DNA of 64,000 nt from Kiritimatiellia bacterium (GCA_040767085.1 JAXGPF010000006.1:128001-192000); one strand, 5' to 3'. Shown: positions 8,711 through 20,953, counted from the stretch's first letter. Notes: generated by a model from the sequence alone, not told the origin. Numbers and translations: made by a program.

Positions 8711-11113
8711 TTAGATTTTTCTCCCAGCAGGCCAGGCCAATGCGCCGGGCGCCAGCCGCCAGGCGCCCAGCAGACAACACGCGCCCGCAGCTTTGACGGC
8801 TGCCAGCAGCAGCATGGCGTCGGCTAAACCGAACAGCGGCAGCAATATAATGCCCGGCAAAACTCCGCCCAGCGCTGCGCCGGTCAAATCCAGGGCATTG
8901 ATCCAGGGCGTGGACTCGGCGCCGCCGTCTCCCGGCCGCCACAAGCGGCAGGCCAGTGGAAACTGCGCCCCGGCCGCCAGGCCGGCCATGCCGACCAGCA
9001 GGTACACTGCCCCCGCCGCGCCCACCGGCATTTTCGTCACGGTCAGCAGCCAGTGCATGGCCGGCGCCACCAGGCAAGCCGCGGCCAATAACCCCAATTC
9101 CGCGGCCAGCGCGCCGCGCCACACCCGAGCGGATGCAGCGGGATTCGCCGTCTCTCCGCCGCCCGGCTCAGCCGCCAAAGCCCGCGCCGACAGGAGCGCC
9201 CCGGCGGCCAAGCCGGCCATGAACACTGCCATGATCATGGCCAACCCCGCATATATATTACCAAAGACGTTTTGAAATACAAACACCAAGGTGATTTCCA
9301 GCGCCATCTCGCAAAACCCGGTGCTTATCACAACATAACCCAACAGTCCGTTAAAGGCGCGGCGGCGGCCGGCCGGCCGGCCGGCCGCTGCCCGCACCAG
9401 CAGCCACGCCAGGATGCCGCCGGCAAGCACAATATATCCAATCCAACGCAAATTTATCCGCTGTAACCATTTAATCCATTTTTGCACCGGCAAATTGCCG
9501 ATCTGGAGCCAGCGTGTCAAGACCGTAAAAGTTGACACCGGCCGAAACGCCGTATTGGCAGGCGCGGCGCTGACGGCCAACTGTTGCCGGACCCGCGCCG
9601 TCTTGTCCGGCGCCAATTCCTCGGCATCCAGCAGCCAACCGGGTGTAAAATAAGCGCCATTTATCTCCGCGGCGCTGGCGCGCCGGTACAATTCCGGTGC
9701 ATCCAGGGTAATGGGACTGTCCGGCCCGCCGGCGAAAAAATGGCTGACCGCGCCAGGGGTCACCAGCACCCGCGGGAAAACCAGCCGCAAGGCTGCCTCC
9801 ACCGAAGCCGCCAGCCGCAAGGCTTCCCCGCGCAAATGCTCGGAGGTCGGCAAAGCCGTGTACATGAACCCATCCGGGGCCAGGATGCGCCGCACAGCGC
9901 GGTAGAATTCCGCGGTGAAAAACCGGTTGGCCGCAATCGTGTCCGGTTCCGCGGTGCCGACAATGACCACGTCAAATTGCCCGGCGCATTCCCGGATAAA
10001 ACGCGGTCCATCCGCCGCCACAAAACTTGCGCGCCGATCCATCTCCGCGCCGGGCGACGTCCGTTTAAATTCCTGCAGCAAAACAGTTTGGGACCGGTCC
10101 TGCTCCAGGCACACCAGCCGTTCCAGAGGGTATTTCAGCAATTCTGGCACATCGTCAGGCGGGTTGCCGCCCAGCAGCAGCACACGCCGGGCGCCCGGCA
10201 TCTGGGCCATGATGAAATGGATTTTAAATTCAGCGGCGACCGGATCGGGAAACACGAAGGCCACCTGGCCGTTACTGTAGAGGGTTTTCTGTCCCGCGCT
10301 TTCAAACAGCGCCAGGTTCCGATAGCGCGAATCCACCGATGCCAGCAACCGGGCGGCGCCCAAGCCGCCGGCGCGAGAATCCAGCACGCCGAAGCTATGC
10401 CAGCGCAGCCGGATACCCGCCCATTCCAATCGCGCCAGCAGCCGGTAATTCACGCCGAACAGGCAAAACACGCAGAGCAATCCCAGGCAAACCCGACGCG
10501 CCCAGGGCCGCGGTGCCGCCAGCCAGGCGCCCGCCAATCCACAACCGCCCGCCCAAACGGCCGGCGCCATCCCGCCGGGCAGATTGACCAGGGCGGCGTA
10601 AAATAATCCGCCGGCGCAGATGCCGCCCAAAGCATCGGCGGCGTAAATCCGGCCGGCGGCGCGGCCGGCCGGCTCTCGCCGGCCCCGGGCGGACTGCCGG
10701 CATACCGCCGGAAACAATGCTCCGACGGGCAGGCACAACGGCGCCAGGGCCGCCGCGATGAAAACGGCCATCCACCCCGGCGGCGCCTGCTCGCCAAACG
10801 GGATGCGCAACAGACGGGGCGCAGTTCGTATCAAGAACACTTCCGCCGGGGCAACCAGCGCCAGCCAGACCAGCAAGCCCGTGATGATCCATGCCAGCCG
10901 GCGGGAATCGCAGCGGCGCTGCGCCAGGCCGAACAGGCCGGACCCGGCCCCCGTCAACAGCAGCCACCCCGCCAGCGACAGGCCGATGGTGATCTCGTTG
11001 CCGTAAAAGGCCACCAGCAACTCGCGCAACACCACCATCTGCGCCAGCATGGCAAACATGCCGGCGCAGAACATGGCGGCCGGCAGCTGCCCGTCCGCTG
11101 AAAAAAACCGCAT
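8711..11113 (-). CDS. Membrane-fused spermidine-synthase-like SAM-dependent transferase
   Basis: Q.V.LRE...FYGNE N-terminus, two multi-TM blocks around a domain with DGPRFI, FDVVI, NRFFTAEFY; start could also be 11131 or 11140. Confidence 0.8.
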   Translation of the reverse strand: MRFFSADGQLPAAMFCAGMFAMLAQMVVLRELLVAFYGNEITIGLSLAGWLLLTGAGSGLFGLAQRRCDSRRLAWIITGLLVWLALVAPAEVFLIRTAPRLLRIPFGEQAPPGWMAVFIAAALAPLCLPVGALFPAVCRQSARGRREPAGRAAGRIYAADALGGICAGGLFYAALVNLPGGMAPAVWAGGCGLAGAWLAAPRPWARRVCLGLLCVFCLFGVNYRLLARLEWAGIRLRWHSFGVLDSRAGGLGAARLLASVDSRYRNLALFESAGQKTLYSNGQVAFVFPDPVAAEFKIHFIMAQMPGARRVLLLGGNPPDDVPELLKYPLERLVCLEQDRSQTVLLQEFKRTSPGAEMDRRASFVAADGPRFIRECAGQFDVVIVGTAEPDTIAANRFFTAEFYRAVRRILAPDGFMYTALPTSEHLRGEALRLAASVEAALRLVFPRVLVTPGAVSHFFAGGPDSPITLDAPELYRRASAAEINGAYFTPGWLLDAEELAPDKTARVRQQLAVSAAPANTAFRPVSTFTVLTRWLQIGNLPVQKWIKWLQRINLRWIGYIVLAGGILAWLLVRAAAGRPAGRRRAFNGLLGYVVISTGFCEMALEITLVFVFQNVFGNIYAGLAMIMAVFMAGLAAGALLSARALAAEPGGGETANPAASARVWRGALAAELGLLAAACLVAPAMHWLLTVTKMPVGAAGAVYLLVGMAGLAAGAQFPLACRLWRPGDGGAESTPWINALDLTGAALGGVLPGIILLPLFGLADAMLLLAAVKAAGACCLLGAWRLAPGALAWPAGRKI

Positions 11114-11119
11114 TTTTCC

Positions 11120-11149
11120 TTGACTTGACATGTGCGGCATATATATGAT
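11120..11149 (+). promoter_or_regulatory. Putative sigma70 promoter for gap
   Basis: TTGACT-N18-TATGAT upstream of the AGGAG RBS and gap start. Confidence 0.45.
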
Positions 11150-11209
11150 GAGGGCCTTTTAATTAAGAATCATTGTCCCGAAAAGGCGCAATGTCAATCA
11201 TGTAGTTAA

Positions 11210-12250
<1,041 letters not shown>

Positions 12251-12258
12251 TGTTCTCC

Positions 12259-12511
12259 CCTGAATTTTGCACGAATATTGGGTAGAAATGATTTAAAGCA
12301 ATCATAGCGCGTGCAAAATAAATTTTACGCAGTTATCTGTTGACACCCATATGGTTACATAAGCGCCGTTTCCGGAAACACCAATATTCGCCGGCAGACG
12401 GCCGCGCGATTTTGGCGCAGGGCTTTGTTGCGCGGGGCTTTGCGGTATGTTTATACAGCGGCACCCCGCGCGCCGCGCCCTGCGCCAAACTTGTGCGGTG
12501 CAAAATTCAGG
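12259..12511. mobile_element. MITE-like element, 253 bp
   Basis: Perfect 14-bp terminal inverted repeat CCTGAATTTTGCAC (12259-12272) / GTGCAAAATTCAGG (12498-12511); TCTC near both flanks; no transposase. Confidence 0.65.
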
Positions 12512-12515
12512 TCTC

Positions 12516-13772
<1,257 letters not shown>

Positions 13773-13780
13773 GCCACACC

Positions 13781-14566
13781 GTGAATAAAACCGCCATAAC
13801 CATCCGCAAGCCGCTGGTCGCCGGCAACTGGAAGATGAACAAGACGGCCGCGGAAGCCGGGGAACTAGTGTCCGACCTGAAACGGGCGCTGGCCGACTGC
13901 CGCGGCGTGGACGTGGTGGTCTGCCCGCCCTTCACCGCGCTGGCGGCAGTCAGCGGCGCCATCTCCGGCAGCGAAATCGGCCTGGGCGCGCAAAACATGC
14001 ACTGGGAAAAATCCGGCGCCTACACCGGCGAAATTTCCCCGGCCATGCTGCGTGAACTGTATTGCCATTACGTGATCCTGGGCCACAGCGAGCGTCGTAC
14101 GCTGTTCCATGAAACCGACGCGGTCATCAACCGCAAAATCAAGGCGGCGCTGGCCAATCACCTGCGGCCGATCGTCTGCGTGGGCGAAACGCTCCAGCAG
14201 CGCAATGACGCCCAGACGGAAGAAGTCCTGGCGGCCCAGATCAATCACGGCTTGCAGGGACTGGATGCCGAAGGCTTGGCGGCCCTGACGATCGCTTATG
14301 AGCCTGTCTGGGCCATCGGCACCGGCAAGACGGCCACGCCCGCCATGGCGCAGTCGGCGCATGCCTTCATCCGCGGCCTGCTGGCCCAACTTGCCGGCGA
14401 AAAAACCGCGCAATCCATCCGCATTCTGTACGGCGGCAGCATGAAACCGGACAACGCCGCAGAACTGCTGGCGCAGCCGGATATTGACGGCGGGCTGATT
14501 GGCGGCGCCTCGCTGGAAGCGGCGGCCTTCGCCGCCATCGTTCAGGCGGCCGCCGCTGAAGCATAA
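13781..14566 (+). CDS. tpiA: Triosephosphate isomerase
   Basis: AGNWKMN, GHSERR, AYEPVWAIGTG, YGGS. Confidence 0.98.
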   Translation: MNKTAITIRKPLVAGNWKMNKTAAEAGELVSDLKRALADCRGVDVVVCPPFTALAAVSGAISGSEIGLGAQNMHWEKSGAYTGEISPAMLRELYCHYVILGHSERRTLFHETDAVINRKIKAALANHLRPIVCVGETLQQRNDAQTEEVLAAQINHGLQGLDAEGLAALTIAYEPVWAIGTGKTATPAMAQSAHAFIRGLLAQLAGEKTAQSIRILYGGSMKPDNAAELLAQPDIDGGLIGGASLEAAAFAAIVQAAAAEA

Positions 14567-14578
14567 GGTGCATCGAAT

Positions 14579-15073
14579 ATGACATTCATCAAAGTAATTT
14601 TGATTCTGGTGGAAGTGCTTTGCAGCCTGCTTTTGATTGGAGTGGTCCTCCTCCAGAAATCCAAAGGCGAAGGCTTGGGCATGGCATTCGGCGCTGAAAT
14701 GGGCGAATCGCTCTTCGGCGCCCGGGCGGCCAATGTCCTGGTTAAAATCACCATCTGGCTGGGGATTATTTTCATGCTGAACACCGTCTTCCTGGCCAAG
14801 ATTTACAGCCAGGGCCAGGGGCGTTCGGTCATGGAACGCGTGGCCGCTCCGGCGCCCGCGCCGGCCGCTCCCAATGCCGCCGCACCCGCCGGCATGACGC
14901 CGGAAACCACTTTGCCGGCGCCCGTCCCTGCGCCGATATCCGCCCCCGCGGCGTCCGTGGCGGACCCGGAGATGCCGGCAGCAAACCTGCCCGCGGCGGA
15001 TATGCCTCCGGCCAGCGCCGCCCCCGCGGCGCCCGCCGAGACGGCCCCCGCGGAACCTGTGGCCGTGGAATAA
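14579..15073 (+). CDS. secG: Preprotein translocase SecG with Pro/Ala-rich tail
   Basis: VLLQKSKGEGLGMAFG, two TMs, downstream of tpiA. Confidence 0.92.
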   Translation: MTFIKVILILVEVLCSLLLIGVVLLQKSKGEGLGMAFGAEMGESLFGARAANVLVKITIWLGIIFMLNTVFLAKIYSQGQGRSVMERVAAPAPAPAAPNAAAPAGMTPETTLPAPVPAPISAPAASVADPEMPAANLPAADMPPASAAPAAPAETAPAEPVAVE

Positions 15074-15080
15074 GCGGAAC

Positions 15081-15293
15081 TGGCGTCTGGCCGCATGTGA
15101 ACCTAAATCAGGCAGTTGGCAAGTTTGCTGCGTCCCGCTTTAAAGCGGGACAGGGATGCACGCTTGCCACGCGCAGCGCGTGGGCGGCAAGGGTGACGGT
15201 GTATTAATATATCCCGCTTTGAGCGGGACAAGCTCCGAATTTATCCCTCCCAGCGGGAACCTTGCCAACAAAGCAGATGCGGCAAAATCGCCA
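15081..15293. repeat. Nested palindromic element (MITE/REP composite or structured RNA)
   Basis: GCCGCAT/ATGCGGC, GTTGGCAAG/CTTGCCAAC, AGGGAT/ATCCCT; perfect 20-bp palindrome GTCCCGCTTTAAAGCGGGAC (15132-15151) with a near copy at 15212-15228. Confidence 0.65.
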
Positions 15294-15417
15294 ACCATTT
15301 TTCCGGTTTGAAATTCAAAAATTTTCTCACACCAGAAAGGTGTTTGCGACAGAAATCCTATCTTTCCTGTTTTCAATTGCTTATGTCAATTTTTGAATTT
15401 CAAATGCCGAATTTAGG

Positions 15418-17244
15418 GTGAATGATTTGTTGATACTGCCGCTGTGCTTGTGTATCTGGCTCGGGGCAGCCTGGCCTGAGGCCCGGGCCGCCGCGCCGCC
15501 GCCCGCCAACAACCCCGCGCCGGAGAGCGAAATCGTTTATTACGGCGTCACCAGCCGTATCCGGGGCTTCGATCCCGTCACCGCCGGCGATGTCCCCTCC
15601 TCCATGGCCATTGCCCGCATTTACGAAGGCTTGCTGCAATATTCCTACCTGGACCGGCCTTACCGGCTGGAGCCCTGTCTCTGCGAGGCGCTCCCGGCCG
15701 TCTCGGAAGATCGCCTGGTCTATACCTTCAAAATCCGCCGTAATATTTTTTTCCAGGATGACCCCTGCTTCAACGCCGGCGGCGGACGCGGCCGCGAATT
15801 GACGGCCGGCGATTTCGTCTATTCCATCAAGCGCGTCGCCGATCTGAAAAACAGTTCCAGCGGGTACTGGGCGTTTCATGACCGCATTGCCGGGCTGGAC
15901 GATTTCCGCGCGGCTTCCGCCGGGGACGCCCCCACCGATTACGACCGGCCGGTGGCCGGCCTGCAGGCGCCCGATCCCAGCACCCTGCGGATCGAGCTCA
16001 CCCGCCCCTACCCGCAGCTGCTCTGGATTCTCGCCATGCATTATGCCTTCGCCGTTCCGCGCGAGGCGGTGGAATTTTACGGGCCGGACTTTGCCGGCCA
16101 CCCGGTCGGCACCGGCCCGTATCGCCTGCATGACTGGCAACGCAATTACCGGCTGGAATTCGCCCGCAACCCCAAGTGGGCCGCCACCGGCCGCCAGGAA
16201 TTTTATCCCCGCCAGGGCGAACCCGCCGACGCCGCGGCCGGCCTGCTGGCGGATGCGGGACGTCCCCTGCCCTTGATTGACCGTCTTGTCCAGTACACCG
16301 TGACCGACACGTCCACCATGTGGCTGATGTTCCTCAACGGCCAGCTGGAATCATCCGGGATTTCCCGCGATAATTTCGAAGCCGTCATCACCGGCGACCG
16401 CCGCCTGGCCGCCGATTTGGAAAAACGCGGTATTAAACTCTACGCTACCCCGGTGCTGGAAACTTACTACATCGGGTTCAACATGGACGACCCGGTGGTC
16501 GGCGCCAACAAGCAACTCCGCCAGGCGCTGACCTGCGCCTTCAATTCGGAGCAGTACGTCCGGTTTTACAACGGCCGCATTGTCCGCGCCCGCTCGCCGA
16601 TCCCCCCCGGCATCGGCGGCTTCGAGGACCTGGCCGTGCCCTATCCTTTCGACTTGGCGCAAGCCCGCCGCCTGCTGGCGGCAGCCGGCTATCCCGACGG
16701 CCGCGACCCGGCTACCGGCCGGCGGCTGGCGCTGACGATCGATCTGGGCCGGGCCAACGACCCGGAAGCGCGCGCGGCGACGGAATTGCTGGTGGATTTC
16801 ATGCGGCAAATCGGCGTGGAACTCACCCCGGTGTATAACAGTTGGCCGGCGTTCCTCGACCGCCTGGACCGCGGCCAGGTGCAACTGTACCAATTGGGCT
16901 GGGTGGCGGATTACCCTGATGCGGAAAATTTCCTGCAGTTATTTTACTCGCCCAACCGCTCGCCTGGCCCCAATCACAGCAATTACGCCAATGCCGAATG
17001 CGACGCCCTTTACGAGCAAATCCGCGTCATGCCCGCCGACGCGCCGGAGCGCCTGCGGCTGTGCCGGCGCATGGTGGAAATCATCAGCGAGGATTGCCCC
17101 TGGATTTTCACGCATCATCCCATGGATTACATCATCCACCATCCCTGGCTGAAAAATTACAAGCCGCACGATTTCCCATACGGCATGGCCAAGTATTACA
17201 ACATTGACACCGACGCCCGCCGCGCCGCCGCCCGCGGGCGCTGA
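15418..17244 (+). CDS. ABC transporter substrate-binding protein, family 5 (OppA/DppA-like)
   Basis: Signal peptide, IYEGLL, GTGPY, LRQAL, W.ADYPD.ENFL. Confidence 0.9.
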   Translation: MNDLLILPLCLCIWLGAAWPEARAAAPPPANNPAPESEIVYYGVTSRIRGFDPVTAGDVPSSMAIARIYEGLLQYSYLDRPYRLEPCLCEALPAVSEDRLVYTFKIRRNIFFQDDPCFNAGGGRGRELTAGDFVYSIKRVADLKNSSSGYWAFHDRIAGLDDFRAASAGDAPTDYDRPVAGLQAPDPSTLRIELTRPYPQLLWILAMHYAFAVPREAVEFYGPDFAGHPVGTGPYRLHDWQRNYRLEFARNPKWAATGRQEFYPRQGEPADAAAGLLADAGRPLPLIDRLVQYTVTDTSTMWLMFLNGQLESSGISRDNFEAVITGDRRLAADLEKRGIKLYATPVLETYYIGFNMDDPVVGANKQLRQALTCAFNSEQYVRFYNGRIVRARSPIPPGIGGFEDLAVPYPFDLAQARRLLAAAGYPDGRDPATGRRLALTIDLGRANDPEARAATELLVDFMRQIGVELTPVYNSWPAFLDRLDRGQVQLYQLGWVADYPDAENFLQLFYSPNRSPGPNHSNYANAECDALYEQIRVMPADAPERLRLCRRMVEIISEDCPWIFTHHPMDYIIHHPWLKNYKPHDFPYGMAKYYNIDTDARRAAARGR

Positions 17245-17253
17245 CGGCAATCC

Positions 17254-18060
17254 ATGAACAACCCGGAAACTCCCTTAATCACGCGCGAGCGCCTGGCCGC
17301 CGACCTGGAAAAAATCGGCCTCCGGCGCGGCGGCCTGGCGCTGGTGCATAGTTCGCTCAAGTCGCTGGGGCGGGTGGACGGCGGCCCGGACGCGGTGATT
17401 GACGCCCTGCACGACGTCCTGGGGCCGGCGGGCTTGCTGGTTTTTCCGTCGTTTCAAAAAGGCGGCGAACATAAACTGCTGCGCGAGGGCGTGGTCTTCG
17501 ATGTGCGCTCTACCCCGACCGGGCAGGGCCTCCTGCCGGAAACCTTCCGCCGGCGCCCCGGCGCCATCCGCTCGCTCAGTCCCACCCACTGCCTGGCGGC
17601 CCGCGGGCCCGGCGCGGACGAATTCCTGGCCGGCCACGAAAAATGCGAGGTGTCGGTGGGCCATGGCACGCCGTTCGAAAAAATCGTCGAACGGGGCGGC
17701 CAAATCCTGCTGCTGGGCGTGACGCATGCCTGCAACACCATGCTGCACTACGTGGAAAACACGTCCGGCGCGCCGACCGTCTCGTGCGAGTTGTTCACAC
17801 CGACCGTCATTGACGCCGCCGGACAGGCGCACACGGTCCCGACTTACCCCCACATGCCGGGTCTGCGCCGGCGTTATGAGCGGATCGAGCAGGAATTGAC
17901 GGCGGCCGGCATCCAGGCGAACAGGCGCGTCGGCCTGGCCGAAGCCCGCCTGATTGACGCCCGGGCGATGGCGCGGCACATCGGTGCGCGGGTGCGCGCC
18001 GACCCGCTCTACCTGATCGACGTGTTCAATCCCGCTCCAACGACTCCAGGCGCAGCGTAA
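17254..18060 (+). CDS. AAC(3)-family (YokD-like) N-acetyltransferase
   Basis: LVHSSLKSLG, RSLSPTH, ILLLGV...NT.LHY.E. Confidence 0.88.
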   Translation: MNNPETPLITRERLAADLEKIGLRRGGLALVHSSLKSLGRVDGGPDAVIDALHDVLGPAGLLVFPSFQKGGEHKLLREGVVFDVRSTPTGQGLLPETFRRRPGAIRSLSPTHCLAARGPGADEFLAGHEKCEVSVGHGTPFEKIVERGGQILLLGVTHACNTMLHYVENTSGAPTVSCELFTPTVIDAAGQAHTVPTYPHMPGLRRRYERIEQELTAAGIQANRRVGLAEARLIDARAMARHIGARVRADPLYLIDVFNPAPTTPGAA

Positions 18061-18529
18061 CCCGGCCGCATCCCGCCTGCCGCGTGGAGGCTTCAATTTT
18101 GCAGGCGCGCAGCGTCCAGGGCGGCCGCTGGCCGGCAGCGGCGCTCAATAGCGCGCCCACGGCCTCCAAGGCCGCTTCGCCGTATTGCATTTCCATCCGA
18201 CGCGCCTGCCAGCCGTCCGGCAGCGCCTGGGCGCCGCGGTCGAGGATTTCCGGTCGCGCGCCTGGTGTGAATTCGTGCGCCAACTGCGTCAGGGGCGCCG
18301 GGCGCGCGGGGCGCGGCAATTCCCGTAAAACCGCCAGACGCCGGCGTGCCGCCTGCTGCTCCGCTTCCACGGCGCGCAGCCGCTCCCAAACCGCCGCCCG
18401 CTGCCGCAACGCCTCCGCCCGCGCCGGGGCCATGGCGGCGTTGCGCGCCGTCCACAGCAGTCCGGCGGCCAAAACCGCCGCCGCGGCCAGCCAGGCCAAT
18501 GTATTCCCATTCCGTAATTTTTTTTGCAT
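18026..18529 (-). CDS. Type II secretion GspM-like protein
   Basis: N-terminal TM, coiled coil, ferredoxin-like C-terminus, follows the gspL-like gene; start 18529 or 18550. Confidence 0.55.
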   Translation of the reverse strand: MQKKLRNGNTLAWLAAAAVLAAGLLWTARNAAMAPARAEALRQRAAVWERLRAVEAEQQAARRRLAVLRELPRPARPAPLTQLAHEFTPGARPEILDRGAQALPDGWQARRMEMQYGEAALEAVGALLSAAAGQRPPWTLRACKIEASTRQAGCGRVTLRLESLERD

Positions 18530-18537
18530 AGCCAGCC

Positions 18538-19971
18538 TTATTCGCGCCATTTGCCATTGATCACGCAGGCGGCGCGGCCATCTTCCAGCGCGGGCAAGGT
18601 TTCCGGCGCCGCGGCATATCCCAGCTCGCGCAGCCGGCGCGCCAAAGCCTCGAACCGGCCCCAGTCCGCCGCTGCGCACCGGATCGTGAATTGGCGGTCG
18701 TCCGCCTCCAAAACCTGATAAGCTATGCCGTCGGCCGCGCCGGCTTCCAGCAATTGCCCGATGCGCAGATGCAATTCCGCGGCCAGCGCCGCATGCAATC
18801 CCGCCGTTGATTGCTGCTCGCTTTCCCAGGCGCGCTGCGCCTCTTCCGCTTCCCGGCCGTAGGGAATCCGTTCCCCGGGGGCCAGCCGCGCCGCCAGGGC
18901 GGACACTGCGCCGCGCATGGATTGCAAGCGGTGCGACGCCGACAACTGCCAGATTGCATTGCCCGCCAGCAGCAGGCATCCCGCCGCCAGCGCCATGACA
19001 GCCGTGCGGCGCGCAGCCTGCCGCCGCCAGCCGCGCACCGCCGGGTGCAGCAGCGGGCCGTCGCGCAAATTGCACCGCCATGCGCCGGGCATCAATGCCC
19101 TGCCCGCCAAAGCGCGGGACAAGATTCCCGCTGCATCCGCCGGACGCGATAGCCGGCCCGGCCAACGCTGCGGGAGCCGCCGCGCCAATTCATCCGACAG
19201 CAGCGCCGATACGCCGGCGCCGGCATACAACAGCCAGTGCGGCCGCCAGTCCGCGCCGGCCTGAGCATACAAGATCCGCTCCAGCCGGCTGAACAAAGCC
19301 TCCATGCGCTCTCCGTCGGCGCCGGAAGTTTCCGCTTCCCAGGCCAGGGCATGCGCCTGCTGAAAATCTCCGCCGCGGCCCGTAACCACCGTCAACCGGT
19401 CCGGCTGAAGATACATCAGCACCCGCGCTTCGTCCGGCAATGCCGGGATTTCCAGCAGACTCTGCGTCCATAGCGCCAATCCGGCATGATCCAGGAACAC
19501 CGGATCCCACCCCGCGGCGCGATAGCGCTCCAACTGGGTTTCCACGACTTTGACGCGCGCCGCCAATGCCAGCACCTGCGTTTTACCATCCGCCACACGC
19601 CGCGCCGCGGCGAAACTGTATCGGCAATCCTCCAGCGCAAATGGTAATTGGGCATCCAGCAGCGCCGGCAAGACCCGGCGTGTTTTCGACCAAGCCTCGA
19701 ACGGGGCGTCCAGCCAGACGGTCAGGCTATCGTTCACCGCCAGACAGCCGGACGCCGGCAAACGCCGGTCCGCCACCCCGACGGCAGCCGCCGGCAGGTT
19801 TTCAAAATGCAGCCGGCCGCGCCAATCCCGGCGCGCGCGCGCGCAGACCGGGCCGGCCGGCCCGAGTTCCACCCCCGCGCACGCCCGCATGGGCATGGCC
19901 GGCGCGCGGCGGAATGCCCCTCCCCGGCCGCGCTTGCCGGAGAAATTTACTTTAAGATGCTGGAAGTTCAT
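18538..19971 (-). CDS. Type II secretion GspL/PilM-like protein
   Basis: Actin-like cytoplasmic region (LPALLDAQLPFALED), single TM, periplasmic tail. Confidence 0.7.
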   Translation of the reverse strand: MNFQHLKVNFSGKRGRGGAFRRAPAMPMRACAGVELGPAGPVCARARRDWRGRLHFENLPAAAVGVADRRLPASGCLAVNDSLTVWLDAPFEAWSKTRRVLPALLDAQLPFALEDCRYSFAAARRVADGKTQVLALAARVKVVETQLERYRAAGWDPVFLDHAGLALWTQSLLEIPALPDEARVLMYLQPDRLTVVTGRGGDFQQAHALAWEAETSGADGERMEALFSRLERILYAQAGADWRPHWLLYAGAGVSALLSDELARRLPQRWPGRLSRPADAAGILSRALAGRALMPGAWRCNLRDGPLLHPAVRGWRRQAARRTAVMALAAGCLLLAGNAIWQLSASHRLQSMRGAVSALAARLAPGERIPYGREAEEAQRAWESEQQSTAGLHAALAAELHLRIGQLLEAGAADGIAYQVLEADDRQFTIRCAAADWGRFEALARRLRELGYAAAPETLPALEDGRAACVINGKWRE

Positions 19972-20035
19972 AGATTAGCATTTCAGCGAACAGCCCCTCC
20001 TTGGAGCCAGGGCGCCACGGCCCCGGCGCAGCGGT

Positions 20036-20953
20036 TTACCGGCACACCCAGCGCCGCACCCGCCATTGTGCCAGCGGGTCGCGTTCCGCCAGCGCCCAGA
20101 CGCGCGCGATGCCGCCGGTTTGCTCCGCTTGCGCCGCCACGGTAAAATACAAGCTGCGCACATCCAGGTAGTCCTCACAATCCCGGATGGAATCATAATA
20201 GGCAAAATTTTTCAACGCCTGGAACGGCTGCGCGTCGCGCCGCTGGACCAGCGCCGCCGCCGCAAAGGCGCGGGTCTGCCCCAAGACGCCCAGCAATACT
20301 GCCGCCGGCGCAGTATTGACATTTACGGGCGCAAGACCGGCGTTGGGATCCGGCAACACGCTGAACAATTCCGCCAGCCGCTCCGGCTCCGCTTCCGGCG
20401 CCAGCGCCGCCAGCTCGGCGGTGCTCTGCAAGACCGCGCCGGTCAGCCCGGCGGGATGCCCAACAAACCAATCCCGCCAGCGCCGGGCAACGGCCACCGG
20501 CGCCGGGCATTGCATGCCGGCCAATAATTCCGCGGCAATCGCTTCCGGCAGGCGGGCGACGCCCGCGGTCAGCGCCGCCGCGCCTAAATTGTTGACATTA
20601 AACAAACGCGCGGCATCGCTGACCTGGACGGACAGCAGCGTGCCGTCCGGCAACGTTTCGCGCCGGGGCGCGGCCCAGGCGGCATTGGTATGGATCGAAG
20701 CCGCCGCGGCGGTTTCGTCCGCCAGCGCCTGCAGCGCCTGCCAGGCGGCATCGCACGCCAGAGCGCGCAGGCGTGTGTGCGCGCCGGCCCTCTGCTCCCG
20801 CGCCAGCCGGCCGCGCGCCGCCATCTGGGTCTGCAAGGTTAAAGCTGCCAGCAGGGCCAGCAACATCAAAACCACCGGCAAAACCATGCCGGCATCGCAG
20901 GGCTGCGTCATTCTCAGAACAGACGGCTCGGTACGGAGACCTCGCCCTACCAT
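20036..20953 (-). CDS. gspK: Type II secretion minor pseudopilin GspK-like
   Basis: G|MVLPVVLMLL prepilin-like site, D..R.FNVNNL, VNVNTAP, VRSLYF; start uncertain (20911, 20953 or 21109). Confidence 0.75.
   Translation of the reverse strand: MVGRGLRTEPSVLRMTQPCDAGMVLPVVLMLLALLAALTLQTQMAARGRLAREQRAGAHTRLRALACDAAWQALQALADETAAAASIHTNAAWAAPRRETLPDGTLLSVQVSDAARLFNVNNLGAAALTAGVARLPEAIAAELLAGMQCPAPVAVARRWRDWFVGHPAGLTGAVLQSTAELAALAPEAEPERLAELFSVLPDPNAGLAPVNVNTAPAAVLLGVLGQTRAFAAAALVQRRDAQPFQALKNFAYYDSIRDCEDYLDVRSLYFTVAAQAEQTGGIARVWALAERDPLAQWRVRRWVCR

Noticed and set aside
15074-15300. tRNA, SRP or 6S RNA after secG
   Set aside because: No cloverleaf or T-loop, no CCGGAAGG SRP loop, no recognisable 6S motifs
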